Source: a virus
Lineage: Duplodnaviria; Heunggongvirae; Uroviricota; Caudoviricetes
Length of the DNA: 7,555 bases
IMG/VR virus record: IMGVR_UViG_2744054979_000007
Direction: 5' to 3' (one strand)
Shown: piece by piece, positions 6,452 to 7,555 of the stretch
How the letters are laid out: the number at the start of each line of letters is the position of its first letter
Numbering within the stretch: the first letter of the stretch is position 1
The notes under the pieces: generated by a model
Database searches by the model: none
Seen by the model: only the letters and a program-made list of their open reading frames with translations
Told to the model about the DNA's origin: nothing
Translations under genes and position numbers: made by a program

Positions 6452-7501
6452 ATGGCTAATACTGTAAAAATATCCAGTTGTGAGTTAATCAACGCCGACT
6501 GCCTGGAATTTATCCGGTCGTTACCCGAAAATTCTGTTGACCTGATAGTCACGGACCCGCCGTACTTTAAAGTGAAGCCTGAGGGCTGGGATAACCAGTG
6601 GAAAGGGGACGAAGATTACCTTAAGTGGCTGGACCACTGTCTGGCCCAGTTCTGGCGGGTGTTAAAACCTGCCGGAAGCCTTTACCTGTTCTGTGGGCAT
6701 CGCCTGGCATCTGATATCGAAATCATGATGCGTGAACGCTTCAGTGTGCTGAACCATATTATCTGGGCGAAGCCGTCCGGACGCTGGAACGGATGCAACA
6801 AGGAAAGCCTGCGGGCGTATTTCCCCGCCACAGAGCGCATTCTGTTCGCGGAACATTATCAGGGGCCGTATCGTCCGAAAGATGCCGGGTATGCGGCGAA
6901 GGGCAGTGCACTGAAACAGCATGTGATGGCCCCGCTGATTTCTTACTTTCGTGATGCGCGCGCGGCCCTGGGGATAACGGCAAAACAGATTGCAGATGCC
7001 ACAGGAAAGAAAAACATGGTGTCGCACTGGTTCAGTGCCAGTCAGTGGCAGCTACCGAACGAAAGCGATTATCTGAAATTACAGTCGCTGTTTGCCCGGG
7101 TGGCAGAAGAGAAACATCAGCGCGGTGAACTGGAAAAGCCCCACCACCAGCTGGTGGATACGTATACGTCACTGAACCGGCAGTATGTGGAGCTGCAGAG
7201 TGAATATAAGCATCTGCGGCGGTATTTTGGTGTGACGGCGCAGGTGCCGTACACGGATGTGTGGACACATAAACCGGTGCAGTTCTATCCCGGGAAACAT
7301 CCGTGCGAAAAACCGGCAGAAATGCTGCAGCAGATAATCAGCGCAAGCAGTCGTCCGGGTGACCTGGTTGCAGATTTTTTTATGGGCTCAGGTTCAACGG
7401 TAAAAGCGGCACTGGCGCTCGGGCGTCGTGCGATTGGCGTTGAGCTGGAGACCGGACGTTTTGAGCAGACAGTCAGGGAAGTTCAGGGTTTAATCGTTTG
7501 A
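6452..7501 (+). CDS. Beta-class (motif IV before motif I) DNA N6-adenine/N4-cytosine methyltransferase, apparently an orphan
   Basis: 349 aa ORF with the catalytic motif DPPY (in LIVTDPPYF) near the N-terminus and the AdoMet-binding motif FFMGSGST near the C-terminus, preceded by HPCEKPAEMLQQII. This arrangement matches YhdJ/CcrM-type enzymes. No restriction endonuclease gene is present in the window. The ribosome-binding site is weak. Confidence 0.9.
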   Translation: MANTVKISSCELINADCLEFIRSLPENSVDLIVTDPPYFKVKPEGWDNQWKGDEDYLKWLDHCLAQFWRVLKPAGSLYLFCGHRLASDIEIMMRERFSVLNHIIWAKPSGRWNGCNKESLRAYFPATERILFAEHYQGPYRPKDAGYAAKGSALKQHVMAPLISYFRDARAALGITAKQIADATGKKNMVSHWFSASQWQLPNESDYLKLQSLFARVAEEKHQRGELEKPHHQLVDTYTSLNRQYVELQSEYKHLRRYFGVTAQVPYTDVWTHKPVQFYPGKHPCEKPAEMLQQIISASSRPGDLVADFFMGSGSTVKAALALGRRAIGVELETGRFEQTVREVQGLIV

Positions 7502-7555
7502 AACGGATGAGATTGCAGAATTAATTACGCACCATTATTATTCTGCTCCCGGCCC

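Noticed and set aside
6276-6467. + strand ORF 6276..6467
   Set aside because: It runs through a terminator hairpin and the palindromic intergenic region and overlaps the methyltransferase start; it looks like a chance open frame.
6662-7268. Minus-strand ORFs 6662..7027, 6759..6983 and 7032..7268
   Set aside because: Antisense within the methyltransferase gene, which has canonical motifs.
1-7555. CRISPR arrays, tRNA or rRNA genes, and insertion sequences
   Set aside because: No spaced direct repeats, no cloverleaf-like or rRNA-like segments, and no transposase-like ORF or terminal inverted repeats were seen; the long palindromes found are single copies.

Overview
The window reads as one co-directional (+ strand) segment of a lambdoid prophage from an enterobacterial host, running from the replication module through the nin-like region to the late-gene switch. 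In order: a DnaC-like helicase loader, two uncharacterised winged-helix-like proteins, a QueH-like (DUF208) Cys-rich gene, an intact-looking hok-family type I toxin locus, a rem-like frame with no start codon, a DUF968/YdfU-like protein, RusA resolvase, a Cys-rich antiterminator Q, a PR'-like promoter with a tR'-like terminator, and then a small winged-helix gene plus a beta-class DNA methyltransferase. No tRNA, rRNA, CRISPR array or IS element was seen, and all minus-strand ORFs in the track look like antisense shadows. The most unusual content is the QueH-like gene and the small-regulator/palindrome/orphan-methyltransferase cassette just downstream of the Q-dependent promoter. All family assignments are from reading motifs and remembered sequences, not from a database search.
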